Below are positions 55,560 to 64,000 of a stretch of DNA of 64,000 nt, piece by piece. The stretch lies in the NCBI GenBank assembly GCA_016215405.1, contig JACRJQ010000008.1, positions 124,898 to 188,897 on the forward strand, in the 5' to 3' direction. The translations under genes were made by a program, and so were the position numbers. Numbering within the stretch: position 1 is the first letter of the stretch; each line of letters begins with the position of its first letter. This DNA comes from Candidatus Tayloriibacteriota bacterium. GTDB lineage: Bacteria > Patescibacteriota > Minisyncoccia > Phycocordibacterales > UBA6065. The notes under the pieces are model-generated. The model was not told the origin of the DNA. It ran no database searches and was given only the letters and a program-made list of their open reading frames with translations.

Positions 55560-58500
55560 ATGTCACATGTAGCACGCAGGTTCGGTATCGCGATGTTGTC
55601 GGTCATGACGCTCGTTCTGCCGATCGTCGCGTCTGCCCAGGCGTTCGAGCCGCAAAAGGCGGTCGTCCTAGCTCGGATAGCGGTCCTCGACGGCGTCATA
55701 CAGGGCCAGGAAGGGAACGCGCTCTCGCTCTCGTTCAGGCTCAAGAATGACGGCGAGCCGACCGCGGCCATACGCTATAGCGCGGTCCTCTACGACGAGT
55801 CGATGTCGGCCCAAGCCCATGAGTATGTCGCTCCCGAGGAATTGTCCCTCGGCGGCCGCGAAGTCCGCGAGATATCTTTCACGTATAAGGTTCCGGACGC
55901 CCTCTCGGGGACGTACAAGCTCGCTCTTCGCGCCCAGCTCTCGTCGGGCATGCCTCTTTCTCTTTTCGTCTTTCCGCAGACGGTGACCTTCGAATCGAAG
56001 GGCGGAGGGCTTGTCGTCGACCAAGGCTCGTGCCTCCTCCGGGTCGAGGGCGAGGACGAATCGAAATTCTATACGACGAGGCAGGGGGTCGATATCCTCC
56101 CCTCTGAGAGCCTTGTCGGCTCCTGCTTCGTGAGGAACACAGGGACGGAGGAGGTCTCCGCGAGGGCCGCGTTCGATACCTATCAACGATCGAGGAGCGG
56201 CCCGCGCGTAGGCGATCAGGCCCTCTCGTCGGAGCTTTACGCGTTCGCATCGGGCGAGGAGAAGAGGGTCGACTTAAGGATCCCCTCGCCGCAAGAGGCT
56301 CAGGCGTACGACGCGGTCGCTTACTTCGTCTCGGAAGGAAAGGCTGTCTCGAACGACGTAGACTTCCATTATGTCGTAAGGGGAGCGAGCGCTACTATCC
56401 AGACTTTCTCTCTCGATAAGGTCTCCTACGCGGTAGGGGAAGAGGCTCGCGCAAGGCTCGTCTGGTCCCGCTCGGCCGATTCTTTTCCGGATTCGAGGCT
56501 GGGATCGGGGTCGCCCCTCGCCTCGCCGATGGCTACTGTCTCCTTGTTTTCAGGCAAAGACAGATGCGCTTCGGACCAGACCGTGCCGCTCGATCGCGAC
56601 GGCGTCCCGACGGAATTCTCCATAGCGATCGAAGAAAAGTGCCCGGATGTCCGCGCCCTCGTGTCGATATCGGATGAAGGGAGGCCTCTCGCCTCTTTCG
56701 ACTACAAGGTCGAGCTTCCGCGCGCGGCTTTGCCTTGGAAGACCGTCGCTTATGGGGCGTTCGGAGCAGTTCTTTTGGCCGCGCTCGTCGCTTTCAAGCT
56801 TCGGTCTAAGGATAGGTCGGGCGCCATACCGCTCGCGATGCTCCTTCTCGCCGGCGCCTTACTCTCTCCTCAGCTCGCCCGCGCGGGCGCGCAGACCGTC
56901 ACATGGACGGACCGCGGCAATAACAATCTGAGCGGCACGATAACCGTCGCCGATAGCTTTAACGAAGGAAGCGACGTGACTTTCACGGCCGATTTCAGCA
57001 AGAGATATCAATGGTGCACGAACGGCGCCACGAGGGACCTTACTTTCGGCTATAAGATACTCAATAGCCAGGACGAGGTCGTCGCCCATAGAGGCGCGAT
57101 AAGGACAGAGGTCGTCTCCGAGAACGTGGGCCAGCTCGCCGTCGGATCATATCGTCTCATCGCTTCGTTCGGCGAAGGGAACGGCACCATCACAGGCTAT
57201 ACGGATTCGACGTGCACCACGTATGTCGACTACGACGGCGATGGCTATGACGACGACAGCTATGAAGTGCAGTGTCGGATACCTATATATGGAGACCTGG
57301 CGAACGCAGAGCTTCCGTTTACGGTGAATGCGGTCGCTAAATCTCCGGACGGCTGGGTGGATAGCGCGGATTGCAACGCTATCAACGGCTGGACGTTCGA
57401 CGCCGACTCGGAAGCGACCTCGATCCAAGTCCATTTCTATAACGGCCCTGCTGGATCGGGCCAGTGGATAGGCGCGATCACGGCCGATTCGGGCCGTCCC
57501 GACGTGAACCAGGCTTACGGCATCTCCGGTAATCATGGATTTAGCTTCACTCCGCCTGCGAGCCTAAAGACAGGAGCCGAGATAAACGTATACGCATACG
57601 GCATCGGAGTGAATTCCTCGGGAGGGAACGACGGCCTCAATAGCCAGCTCTCGGGAACTCCGAAGACGTTTAGGTGCGCCGTCCCTGACGTCTGCGCCAA
57701 TATCGCTGGCGATCAAGCGAGCGTGCCCGGCGACCGCGTCCAGAGCGGACCGAATTGCGTCTGCCCTGCGGATAAGGTCGAGAACGGCTCAGGGCAGTGC
57801 GTTGCTCCCGACCTCGGCACGCCGACCGTGAACGTGTCCGCGAGCCCTCGGTCGATCTCTCCCGGCGGATCCGTGACCGTCTCGTCGGTGGCGGAAGGTT
57901 CGGGTCTCACCCATCACGGCTTCGAGGAGAGGTATAACGGAGGCGCTTGGCAGAACATCGGAGGCTTCTCTCCGATAAGCGGGCAGGCGCGGTCGGTGTC
58001 GAGGAATCCGTCGTTCGAAGGCACGTATGAATATCGAGCATACGCGAGCAACACGAACGGAGCGTCGTATGTATATGCGTCCCCGGTATCCGTATCCGTC
58101 ACTTCCGCTCCTCAGCCTTCGCAATGCTCGAACGGGCTCGACGACGACAACGACGGTCTCATCGACTATCCGAGCGATCCGGGCTGTACGGGATCTTCGG
58201 ATAACGACGAGTACAACACGGTCGTCATAAATCCGATCAACGGCATCTCCTATATCTCGGTCCCTTCTCCCGTCGCCGCGGGCACCGATTTCTCCGTGCG
58301 AGCGAGGAATAGCGGGACAAAGCCTTGGGGAAGCTCTCACGACCTTCTTTTGGCCACGGCGGACCTGTCTTCGAACATAGCCCTCGCTGACCTCGATCCT
58401 ACGATATCCGGAGGCGACAAAGTCGTGACGTTCAGGGCGCCTTCCATTCCGGGGACCTATGCGCTCCGGGCGGTCGAGCAGAACGTCGAATATTTCGGGC

Positions 58501-59111
58501 AGAACCAGTCGTTTCAAGTGACCGCGAATTCTTGTGACGATTGCGGCACGACCGATGTCTGTCCGAATATCGCCGGCACCCAGTCGAGCGTTCCGAACGG
58601 AATGACGGTCGACGGGAGCGGCAACTGCGTGACGAGCGGCTCGGGCACGGGAGGCAACGGCACCAATCCTGGCGGCGGAACCAATAATCCGCCCGGGTCC
58701 GGATTCACGGTTTCCGGCACATCGATCGTTCCTATACAGTTCATCGCCGACCTGCCGGCAAAATCCCAGAACGCTTCGATCTCGATCAACCCGGTCTCGT
58801 TCAGCGCGCCAGTCGTGCTCTCCGTCCAATCGATAGCTTCGGCTCAAGGGGCGGCGCTTCCTCAGGGCGTCACACCTACGTATTATTTCGGCGACAGAGA
58901 GGTCTCGTCGATGCTCCTTACCTTCGATCCGAACATCGGCACCTATCGCGATTCGAACGGGGCGATAGGCACGACCTTCTCGGTCAAGCTCTCGAAGAAG
59001 GTCGCCGAAAGCTATTTCGTCACCCTTATCGGCTCCTCCGGGACGAGGCAGGCCACGATGAGGATAGAGGTCGATCCGAACAATCTTAATCCTGAGTTCA
59101 GAGAATTCTAG
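55560..59111 (+). CDS. very large cell-surface protein (1183 aa) with signal peptide, mid-protein TM segment, Cys-rich repeats and the conserved C-terminal ~130-aa module
   Basis: Signal MSHVARRFGIAMLSVMTLVLPIVASAQA; duplicated VC(A/P)NIAG(D/T)Q(A/S)SVP motif; C-terminus ...VKLSKKVAESYFVTLIGSSG...NNLNPEFREF. Confidence 0.7.
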   Translation: MSHVARRFGIAMLSVMTLVLPIVASAQAFEPQKAVVLARIAVLDGVIQGQEGNALSLSFRLKNDGEPTAAIRYSAVLYDESMSAQAHEYVAPEELSLGGREVREISFTYKVPDALSGTYKLALRAQLSSGMPLSLFVFPQTVTFESKGGGLVVDQGSCLLRVEGEDESKFYTTRQGVDILPSESLVGSCFVRNTGTEEVSARAAFDTYQRSRSGPRVGDQALSSELYAFASGEEKRVDLRIPSPQEAQAYDAVAYFVSEGKAVSNDVDFHYVVRGASATIQTFSLDKVSYAVGEEARARLVWSRSADSFPDSRLGSGSPLASPMATVSLFSGKDRCASDQTVPLDRDGVPTEFSIAIEEKCPDVRALVSISDEGRPLASFDYKVELPRAALPWKTVAYGAFGAVLLAALVAFKLRSKDRSGAIPLAMLLLAGALLSPQLARAGAQTVTWTDRGNNNLSGTITVADSFNEGSDVTFTADFSKRYQWCTNGATRDLTFGYKILNSQDEVVAHRGAIRTEVVSENVGQLAVGSYRLIASFGEGNGTITGYTDSTCTTYVDYDGDGYDDDSYEVQCRIPIYGDLANAELPFTVNAVAKSPDGWVDSADCNAINGWTFDADSEATSIQVHFYNGPAGSGQWIGAITADSGRPDVNQAYGISGNHGFSFTPPASLKTGAEINVYAYGIGVNSSGGNDGLNSQLSGTPKTFRCAVPDVCANIAGDQASVPGDRVQSGPNCVCPADKVENGSGQCVAPDLGTPTVNVSASPRSISPGGSVTVSSVAEGSGLTHHGFEERYNGGAWQNIGGFSPISGQARSVSRNPSFEGTYEYRAYASNTNGASYVYASPVSVSVTSAPQPSQCSNGLDDDNDGLIDYPSDPGCTGSSDNDEYNTVVINPINGISYISVPSPVAAGTDFSVRARNSGTKPWGSSHDLLLATADLSSNIALADLDPTISGGDKVVTFRAPSIPGTYALRAVEQNVEYFGQNQSFQVTANSCDDCGTTDVCPNIAGTQSSVPNGMTVDGSGNCVTSGSGTGGNGTNPGGGTNNPPGSGFTVSGTSIVPIQFIADLPAKSQNASISINPVSFSAPVVLSVQSIASAQGAALPQGVTPTYYFGDREVSSMLLTFDPNIGTYRDSNGAIGTTFSVKLSKKVAESYFVTLIGSSGTRQATMRIEVDPNNLNPEFREF

Positions 59112-59119
59112 AAGATACG

Positions 59120-59149
59120 AAAAACCCCGCTATTGGCGGGGTTTTTCGT
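59120..59149 (+). terminator. intrinsic terminator
   Basis: AAAAACCCCGC-TATTG-GCGGGGTTTTTCG. Confidence 0.6.
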
Positions 59150-59245
59150 ATATCTGCGGAGCCTTCGCGGAGATAGCTTTCGCACGCCGCGGGCGATGGG
59201 GAAAACGAGGGGCATCATCGAAGGGTTTTCTCTGGTATCATCTTC

Positions 59246-60538
59246 TTGATGCGAATAAAGCTAGGAAACGCCGTTTTCGATAGAAATCCTGCGGCTTTAG
59301 CTTTCTTTGTTTGGTTCACGCTCGCTTTCGTCCTCGTATTCGCTTTTGGCCATGCCGTGCATGCCCAAGGAGTGTGGACGCAGACGAGCGGTCCCACGAA
59401 TATCGCGGGCCCGACCGGTTGCCATTATGAAGAAGAGTGCACCGACCAATCTGGCTGGTCGAATGCTTTTAGGGCAGGACAGTCTTGCTCGAGCGTAGGA
59501 TCTTCTGTCACATGCTATTTTAACGACAGCGCTTCGGGTTGCGGTACGGATAAGGTGCAAGGTTTCTTTAGGACGAGGTATCAGTATTCCTGCCAGGCTA
59601 TCCAGTCTTGTCCCTCCCCGATCGATCTCTGCGGGTCGCCCTCAGGCGGACAGCCGTCCGTCCCTTCGAGCTTCAGTTCGGCGTGCTCAGCGAACGGCGG
59701 ATCGACGAGCGTCACGTTCGACGGGACGATCGGGTGCAATCCGTCTCAGTATCCGCCAGAAGGAGGCAGGGATTGGACCGCGACCTGCAGCGCGTGCGCG
59801 CCCGCCTATTCCCAAGGCTATTATTACGGGCAGGGATATTATGAAGGCTACTACTACGGCCAGGGATACTATTATTCCCAGGGATATTACCAAGGCTACT
59901 ACTACGGACAAGGCTACTATTACAGCCAAGGAACCTATCAGGGAGCTTATTATGCGCAGGGATATTACCAAGGCTACTACTACGGACAAGGCTACTATTA
60001 CAGCCAAGGGACGTATCAGGGATACTACTATACTCAGGGCTACTACTACGGCCAGGGATACTATTATTCTCAAGGATATTATCAGGGCTATTATTACGGG
60101 CAGGGGTATTACTACGGCCAGGGATACTATTATTCTCAATCTTCGTATCTTCCTCCTCCCGGCTTCACTCTCGGCGGGACAGAGGCTATAAAGATACGAT
60201 TCCTCGAGGCGGGCGCGTCAGATTCGGAGCCAAAGGCGATCCCGGTGAACGCGGTGAGCGGATTTACGGGCAACGTCTCGGTGTCGATAACATCGAGCCC
60301 GGCTTTGCCGAACGGCGCGGCTATCAGATACTCGTGGAACGGAGGCGAGTGGTCATCGAATCCGAGCCCGATACTCATACCTTACGAAGGGTCCGCCACG
60401 CTAAGAGTCCAGGTATCGAAGAAGGTCTCTGGCACCTATGTGATCACCCTTACGGGCACCTCTCCTGGATATTCGAGCGTGACCAAAGACCTCATACTCA
60501 CTCCGACGACGCTCACCCCCGTATTTCAGGAGACCTAA
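59246..60538 (+). CDS. secreted Cys-rich protein with long (Q/S)GYYYG Tyr-Gly-Gln-rich tandem repeats and the conserved C-terminal module
   Basis: Signal/TM ALAFFVWFTLAFVLVFAFGHAVHA; Cys-rich domain; ~110 aa of QGYYYGQGYYYSQGYY repeats; C-terminus ...VSKKVSGTYVITLTGTSPG...LTPVFQET. Confidence 0.7.
   Translation: MMRIKLGNAVFDRNPAALAFFVWFTLAFVLVFAFGHAVHAQGVWTQTSGPTNIAGPTGCHYEEECTDQSGWSNAFRAGQSCSSVGSSVTCYFNDSASGCGTDKVQGFFRTRYQYSCQAIQSCPSPIDLCGSPSGGQPSVPSSFSSACSANGGSTSVTFDGTIGCNPSQYPPEGGRDWTATCSACAPAYSQGYYYGQGYYEGYYYGQGYYYSQGYYQGYYYGQGYYYSQGTYQGAYYAQGYYQGYYYGQGYYYSQGTYQGYYYTQGYYYGQGYYYSQGYYQGYYYGQGYYYGQGYYYSQSSYLPPPGFTLGGTEAIKIRFLEAGASDSEPKAIPVNAVSGFTGNVSVSITSSPALPNGAAIRYSWNGGEWSSNPSPILIPYEGSATLRVQVSKKVSGTYVITLTGTSPGYSSVTKDLILTPTTLTPVFQET
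59806..60140 (+). repeat. in-frame tandem repeat (78-nt unit, 24-nt sub-period) encoding the YYYGQG-type low-complexity region
   Basis: A near-identical 54-nt block cagggatattaccaaggctactactacggacaaggctactattacagccaagg starts at 59879 and again at 59957. Confidence 0.7.
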
Positions 60539-60571
60539 GAGCCTCTCGCCTCTTTTATCCTTTGAGGCATC

Positions 60572-60611
60572 GCGCTTCGCCTGATATGATTATCAGGCGA
60601 AGCGTTTTTTG
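60572..60611 (+). terminator. intrinsic terminator
   Basis: GCGCTTCGCCTGATA-TGAT-TATCAGGCGAAGCGTTTTTTG. Confidence 0.6.
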
Positions 60612-60640
60612 CCGCGCCGCGGCTCCTAATAAAAATCGAT

Positions 60641-61816
60641 TTGATGAAAAAGAAAATCCTCTCGGGCATGATCGTTCTTGCAGCGGTCTTGCTTTCGCCG
60701 GCAGGGGTCGACGCCCAATGGTCTGCCCCTACGCAGGCGCCTCCGGGAGGGAACGTGTCCGCTCCGATCAATGTCGGGTCTACGGCCCAGGTAAAGAACG
60801 GAGGGCTCTCGGTAAACGCTTTTACCGCCTGGCTCGATTCATATTTCGCAGGCAATGTTGGGGTGGGGGTCCTAAGCCCGACTCAAAAGCTCGACGTCGC
60901 GGGAGGTTTTCGGGTGGGCAACGGCAATGTGATCCACAACGTCGCGCACGGCAACTATGGCGTGCAGATGCTCAGGGCTGCCGATAACGGGGGAGGGGCC
61001 GGAGATGCCGGCCTCTATTACTGGATAAGCGAGCCGAGCGCGACATGGACGGGGGCTGGGATCGCGAGGAATATGAGGAACAGCAGCGCCGCGTTTCCTC
61101 GCGTGAACGCTTCTCTTTCCGGTCAGATGATCAGGTTCGACGAGGGGACAGGGATAAATTTCACCGTGGAGACGTCGGGAGGATCGAGGACGACGCCTCT
61201 CTCGGTGAGCGCCGGACAGACGGCGATGACGGGCAATCTCTGCCTTAACGGCACCTGCTATAGCAGCTGGCAATCCGGACCTCAAGGCCCTCAGGGTCCC
61301 GCTGGAAGCACTGGCGCCACTGGACCTCAAGGCCCGCAAGGCCCCGCAGGAAATACCGGAGCTACCGGACCTCAAGGCCCGCAAGGCCCGACCGGTCTTA
61401 CGGGAGCAACGGGTCCGCAAGGCCCTTCTGGACCTCAGGGTCCTGCGGGTCCGACCGGTAACACGGGTGCTACGGGAGCTCAAGGCCCGCAAGGCCCCGC
61501 AGGAAATACCGGAGCTACCGGACCTCAAGGCCCGCAAGGTCCACAGGGCCCGCAAGGGCCGACCGGAAGCACCGGAGCTACCGGCCCTCAAGGCCCTCAG
61601 GGTCCTGCCGGACCAGGCACGACTAAATTTAACGTTTCTGTATGGAGCATCTCTGCGGCGAGCGGCTGCTATCCTCCGAACGGCTCCCCGTGCGGAAACT
61701 GGAATCTTACCGCTGGGCATCGATACTGCTACCCCATGGGCTATGCGACCGGTATGATCGTAGAACAGACGGGCAATAACTCATGGGACTCCGCCGAAGT
61801 CGCCTGCTGGTACTAA
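60641..61816 (+). CDS. secreted collagen-like triple-helix repeat protein with tail-fibre-like N-terminal domain
   Basis: Signal peptide ending ...[22 protein letters not shown]; [18 protein letters not shown] motif; ~39 G-X-Y triplets ([18 protein letters not shown]...); Cys-containing C-terminal globular domain. Confidence 0.75.
   Translation: MMKKKILSGMIVLAAVLLSPAGVDAQWSAPTQAPPGGNVSAPINVGSTAQVKNGGLSVNAFTAWLDSYFAGNVGVGVLSPTQKLDVAGGFRVGNGNVIHNVAHGNYGVQMLRAADNGGGAGDAGLYYWISEPSATWTGAGIARNMRNSSAAFPRVNASLSGQMIRFDEGTGINFTVETSGGSRTTPLSVSAGQTAMTGNLCLNGTCYSSWQSGPQGPQGPAGSTGATGPQGPQGPAGNTGATGPQGPQGPTGLTGATGPQGPSGPQGPAGPTGNTGATGAQGPQGPAGNTGATGPQGPQGPQGPQGPTGSTGATGPQGPQGPAGPGTTKFNVSVWSISAASGCYPPNGSPCGNWNLTAGHRYCYPMGYATGMIVEQTGNNSWDSAEVACWY
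61264..61617 (+). repeat. collagen-like G-X-Y coding repeat (9-nt period; 45-153-nt higher-order units)
   Basis: An exact ~50-nt block caaggccccgcaggaaataccggagctaccggacctcaaggcccgcaagg is duplicated 153 nt apart. Confidence 0.7.
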
Positions 61817-61912
61817 ACAGCGAGGAAATCGTATCGCGTTCCCAGCTCTGTGCCTCCTTTGCACGTTTCTTGTCCTTTGAGCCTTGACCCCCTGCCTGAT
61901 ATGATAGTAGGG

Positions 61913-63124
61913 ATGAGATTCTCATTTTTTCTTAAGATAGCCTTTGCGATCGTCCTCCTTTCGTCTCCCCTTTTCTCGCATGCGGGGACCGAGCATAATA
62001 TGACCGGCTATGCGTGGTCCTCGAATATCGGCTGGATAAGCTTCAACTGCACGAACGAATCTACCTGCGGGACCGTGAACTACGGAGTGAACAAGGCTGC
62101 TGATGGGACGATGACGGGATATGCGTGGTCTTCGGCGATCGGGTGGATACAGTTCGGCGGTCTCTCGGGTTTCCCTTCGGGGTCCGGAACCACCGCGGTA
62201 AACGCACAGGTCGTAGGGTCGAACGTGCAAGGGTGGGCGCGAGCACTCTCATATAGCGGGACATGGGACGGCTGGATATCCCTCGCCGGCACGTCTCCAA
62301 GTTACGGAGTCACTCACTCCGGAGGGTCTTTTGCGGGCTACGCCTGGGGAGGCGAGGTCGTGGGCTGGGTCCTCTTTGACGTTCAGGGCGTCTATCCCGC
62401 GATCTGTAGCGACTGCGGCGTCACGATCGAAGGTGATGCGTCCCTCGACATAAAATCGGGAGGGGTCAGCATCGTGGGTAACGGAGCGGTCCCTTACGGC
62501 ACGATTCCCGTATTCGAATGGACTCTCGTCAACATGCCTGTCGGCACGACATGCAGTGTTTCCAAGACCTCGGCTGGCGGCACCTCTTTCACGACCATAA
62601 CAAACATCGGCGCGTCGGGGACCTATACCGGAAGCGCACTTACGAACACTTCCTATACCTATCAGATAAGCTGCACGAACGGAGTCCTCAAGACGGCGAG
62701 CTTCACGGTCGCGCCTCAGCCTCCGGGATTCTCGCTCGGCTCTAGCGAGACGGTCGCTATCCAATTCGTGTCTCCAGGGTCGGCGGTCTCTGAGGAGAAA
62801 TCTGTGTTCGTGAACGCTATCGGAGGATACTCTAATCCGGTGACGATCTCGATAACCGGCTTTCCGCCCGCGATCGCTTCGACGACGTTCTCATACTCGT
62901 TCAATGGAGGCTCATCCTATTCCTCCTCGCCGACAGCAAATATAACGAGCCCTTATTCTTCCGGCATCGGATTTAAGGTTCGAGTGACGAGGCTCTCCGG
63001 AGCGCCTGCGTTCACCGGACCTTACACCATAACTCTCACAGGCACCGGATCCGGCGCGCCGAACGCAACCAAGAGCATGATCATAAATCCGACTTCTTTC
63101 ATCCCGAAGTTCGAAGAGTTCTAA
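61913..63124 (+). CDS. secreted protein with Trp-rich GYAWSxxIGWIxF repeats and the conserved C-terminal module
   Basis: Start MRFSFFLKIAFAIVLLSSPLFSHAG; three copies of (M/A)TGYAW(S/G)..(I/V)GW(I/V).F; C-terminus ...ITLTGTGSGAPNATKSMIINPTSFIPKFEEF. Confidence 0.65.
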   Translation: MRFSFFLKIAFAIVLLSSPLFSHAGTEHNMTGYAWSSNIGWISFNCTNESTCGTVNYGVNKAADGTMTGYAWSSAIGWIQFGGLSGFPSGSGTTAVNAQVVGSNVQGWARALSYSGTWDGWISLAGTSPSYGVTHSGGSFAGYAWGGEVVGWVLFDVQGVYPAICSDCGVTIEGDASLDIKSGGVSIVGNGAVPYGTIPVFEWTLVNMPVGTTCSVSKTSAGGTSFTTITNIGASGTYTGSALTNTSYTYQISCTNGVLKTASFTVAPQPPGFSLGSSETVAIQFVSPGSAVSEEKSVFVNAIGGYSNPVTISITGFPPAIASTTFSYSFNGGSSYSSSPTANITSPYSSGIGFKVRVTRLSGAPAFTGPYTITLTGTGSGAPNATKSMIINPTSFIPKFEEF

Positions 63125-63134
63125 TCAATACATC

Positions 63135-63428
63135 ATGAAGAAAACAGCATATATAGCATTGGCGGCAGTATTGGCAGGAGGATTCGTGTGGTATCTCACG
63201 AACGGAGAGGTGGGAGTCCCTCAAGGCGGCGATGCGTCGGTGCCGCTTACTGAAGAGGAGAGGATAGCCGAGCTCGATAGGCTCTCCTCTTCGTCCGTGC
63301 CGGTCGAGGAAGAGGAAGAGGAGAGGGTAGAGGCTCTCGAAAAGCTCTCTGCCTCGAGTACCCCTGTCGACGCCTCTATCGAGGAGAGGTTAAGAGCTCT
63401 CGACGCCCTTGAGAGATCGAGCCGTTAA
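63135..63428 (+). CDS. small membrane-anchored acidic protein
   Basis: 97 aa; TM AYIALAAVLAGGFVWYL; Glu-rich repeats. Confidence 0.4.
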   Translation: MKKTAYIALAAVLAGGFVWYLTNGEVGVPQGGDASVPLTEEERIAELDRLSSSSVPVEEEEEERVEALEKLSASSTPVDASIEERLRALDALERSSR

Positions 63429-63464
63429 ACAATAGCCTTTTATTAAGAATCGCTTATCAAGCCT

Positions 63465-64000
63465 ATGAACTATCGAACCATCGCATCGGCCCTCGCCATC
63501 GCTTCGCTCGCCCTGCCGTTTTCGGCATCGGCGCAATGGTCTGCTCCGACCCAGTCGCCTCCGAACGGGAACGTATCGGCGCCGATAAACACCGGAACCG
63601 GCACCCAGGCTAAGAATGGCAACCTGTCGGTGAATGCCTTTAGCGCGGTCCTGAACTCCTATTTCTCTCAGAACCTCGGCGTCGGAAATTCGAACCCGAG
63701 CGAGAAGCTCGTCGTGGGAGACGATTTTGGCGTCCTTACAGGAGCGCCGTCAAAAGGCGTCGTGTTCGGAAACACGGGGGGAAGCTTCTATTTTTACACA
63801 GGCCAGAGCTCAACGAGGAACATCTCCTTCGCTTGGCTTTACAACGCTACCCCAGCGAGCGCTTACGGCCAAATACAGACGTTCAGCCGGTCGAACCCTC
63901 TCTACATAGACGGTTCCCAACTCTATCTCAACGCGCAGTCTGCTGCGGGAAATGTCGGCGTGGGAAATACGATCCCTGGATACAAGCTCGACGTCACCGG
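63465..64000 (+). CDS. paralog of the collagen-like/tail-fibre-like protein N-terminal domain (partial; runs off window end)
   Basis: [67 protein letters not shown]...NVGVGNTIPGYKLDVT, open to the last base. About 60% identical to the 60641 protein N-terminus. Confidence 0.65.
   Translation, partial: MNYRTIASALAIASLALPFSASAQWSAPTQSPPNGNVSAPINTGTGTQAKNGNLSVNAFSAVLNSYFSQNLGVGNSNPSEKLVVGDDFGVLTGAPSKGVVFGNTGGSFYFYTGQSSTRNISFAWLYNATPASAYGQIQTFSRSNPLYIDGSQLYLNAQSAAGNVGVGNTIPGYKLDVT

Noticed and set aside
1-64000. CRISPR arrays, reverse transcriptases/DGRs, toxin-antitoxin pairs, restriction-modification genes
   Set aside because: Looked for regularly spaced direct repeats and for RT, Cas, PIN or methylase motifs in all ORFs; none found.

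Overview
High-GC (~58-60%) bacterial chromosome segment, densely packed with housekeeping genes. The replication-origin neighbourhood is present: dnaA-dnaN on the minus strand with an AT-rich, DnaA-box-bearing dnaA-dnaN intergenic region, and rpmH-rnpA-yidC diverging on the plus strand. Other recognisable genes: polA-like 5'-3' exonuclease (partial), tsaE, a GspE/PilB-family ATPase, ruvB-yebC-ruvC (no ruvA), tyrS, a class A PBP, rsmA, pcrA, comM, pnp, rpsO, xerC/D, xth, cca, yraN, hup, rny, clpP, rsmE, tig, ppa, nusA, and four tRNAs (Arg, Gly-GCC, Pro, Gly-UCC). Many proteins are short versions (tig without a PPIase domain, 175-aa YebC, 646-aa PcrA), and genes often lack a Shine-Dalgarno sequence. 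Together with a VirB4/VirB6-type minimal type-IV-secretion-like operon, this suggests a reduced-genome, possibly Patescibacteria/CPR-like organism, but that is inference only. Main accessory content is described below. (1) An 11-kb minus-strand operon, 17.3-28.7 kb, encodes a pilin-like membrane protein, a VirB4 ATPase, a VirB3/PrgI-like protein, a VirB6-like polytopic protein and secreted proteins including one with a discoidin-like domain. (2) From 55.5 kb to the window end lies a cluster of large secreted proteins that share a previously unrecognised ~130-aa C-terminal module ending in '...P.F.E[FT]'. It includes a Tyr/Gly/Gln-rich tandem-repeat protein and collagen-like (GPQ)n proteins. 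(3) Several non-coding repeat families: a terminator-linked ~140-nt element present at least three times, twin tRNA-Gly genes with homologous downstream modules and long hairpins that incorporate the tRNA 3' end, a GTTTCACGTGAAAC palindrome family, ATGTCCTTTA direct repeats in AT-rich islands, an AT-rich island with 14-bp terminal inverted repeats, and a 16S-rRNA-derived fragment. No CRISPR array, reverse transcriptase or obvious defence system was seen. All calls rest on reading the sequence and translations; no database search was possible.
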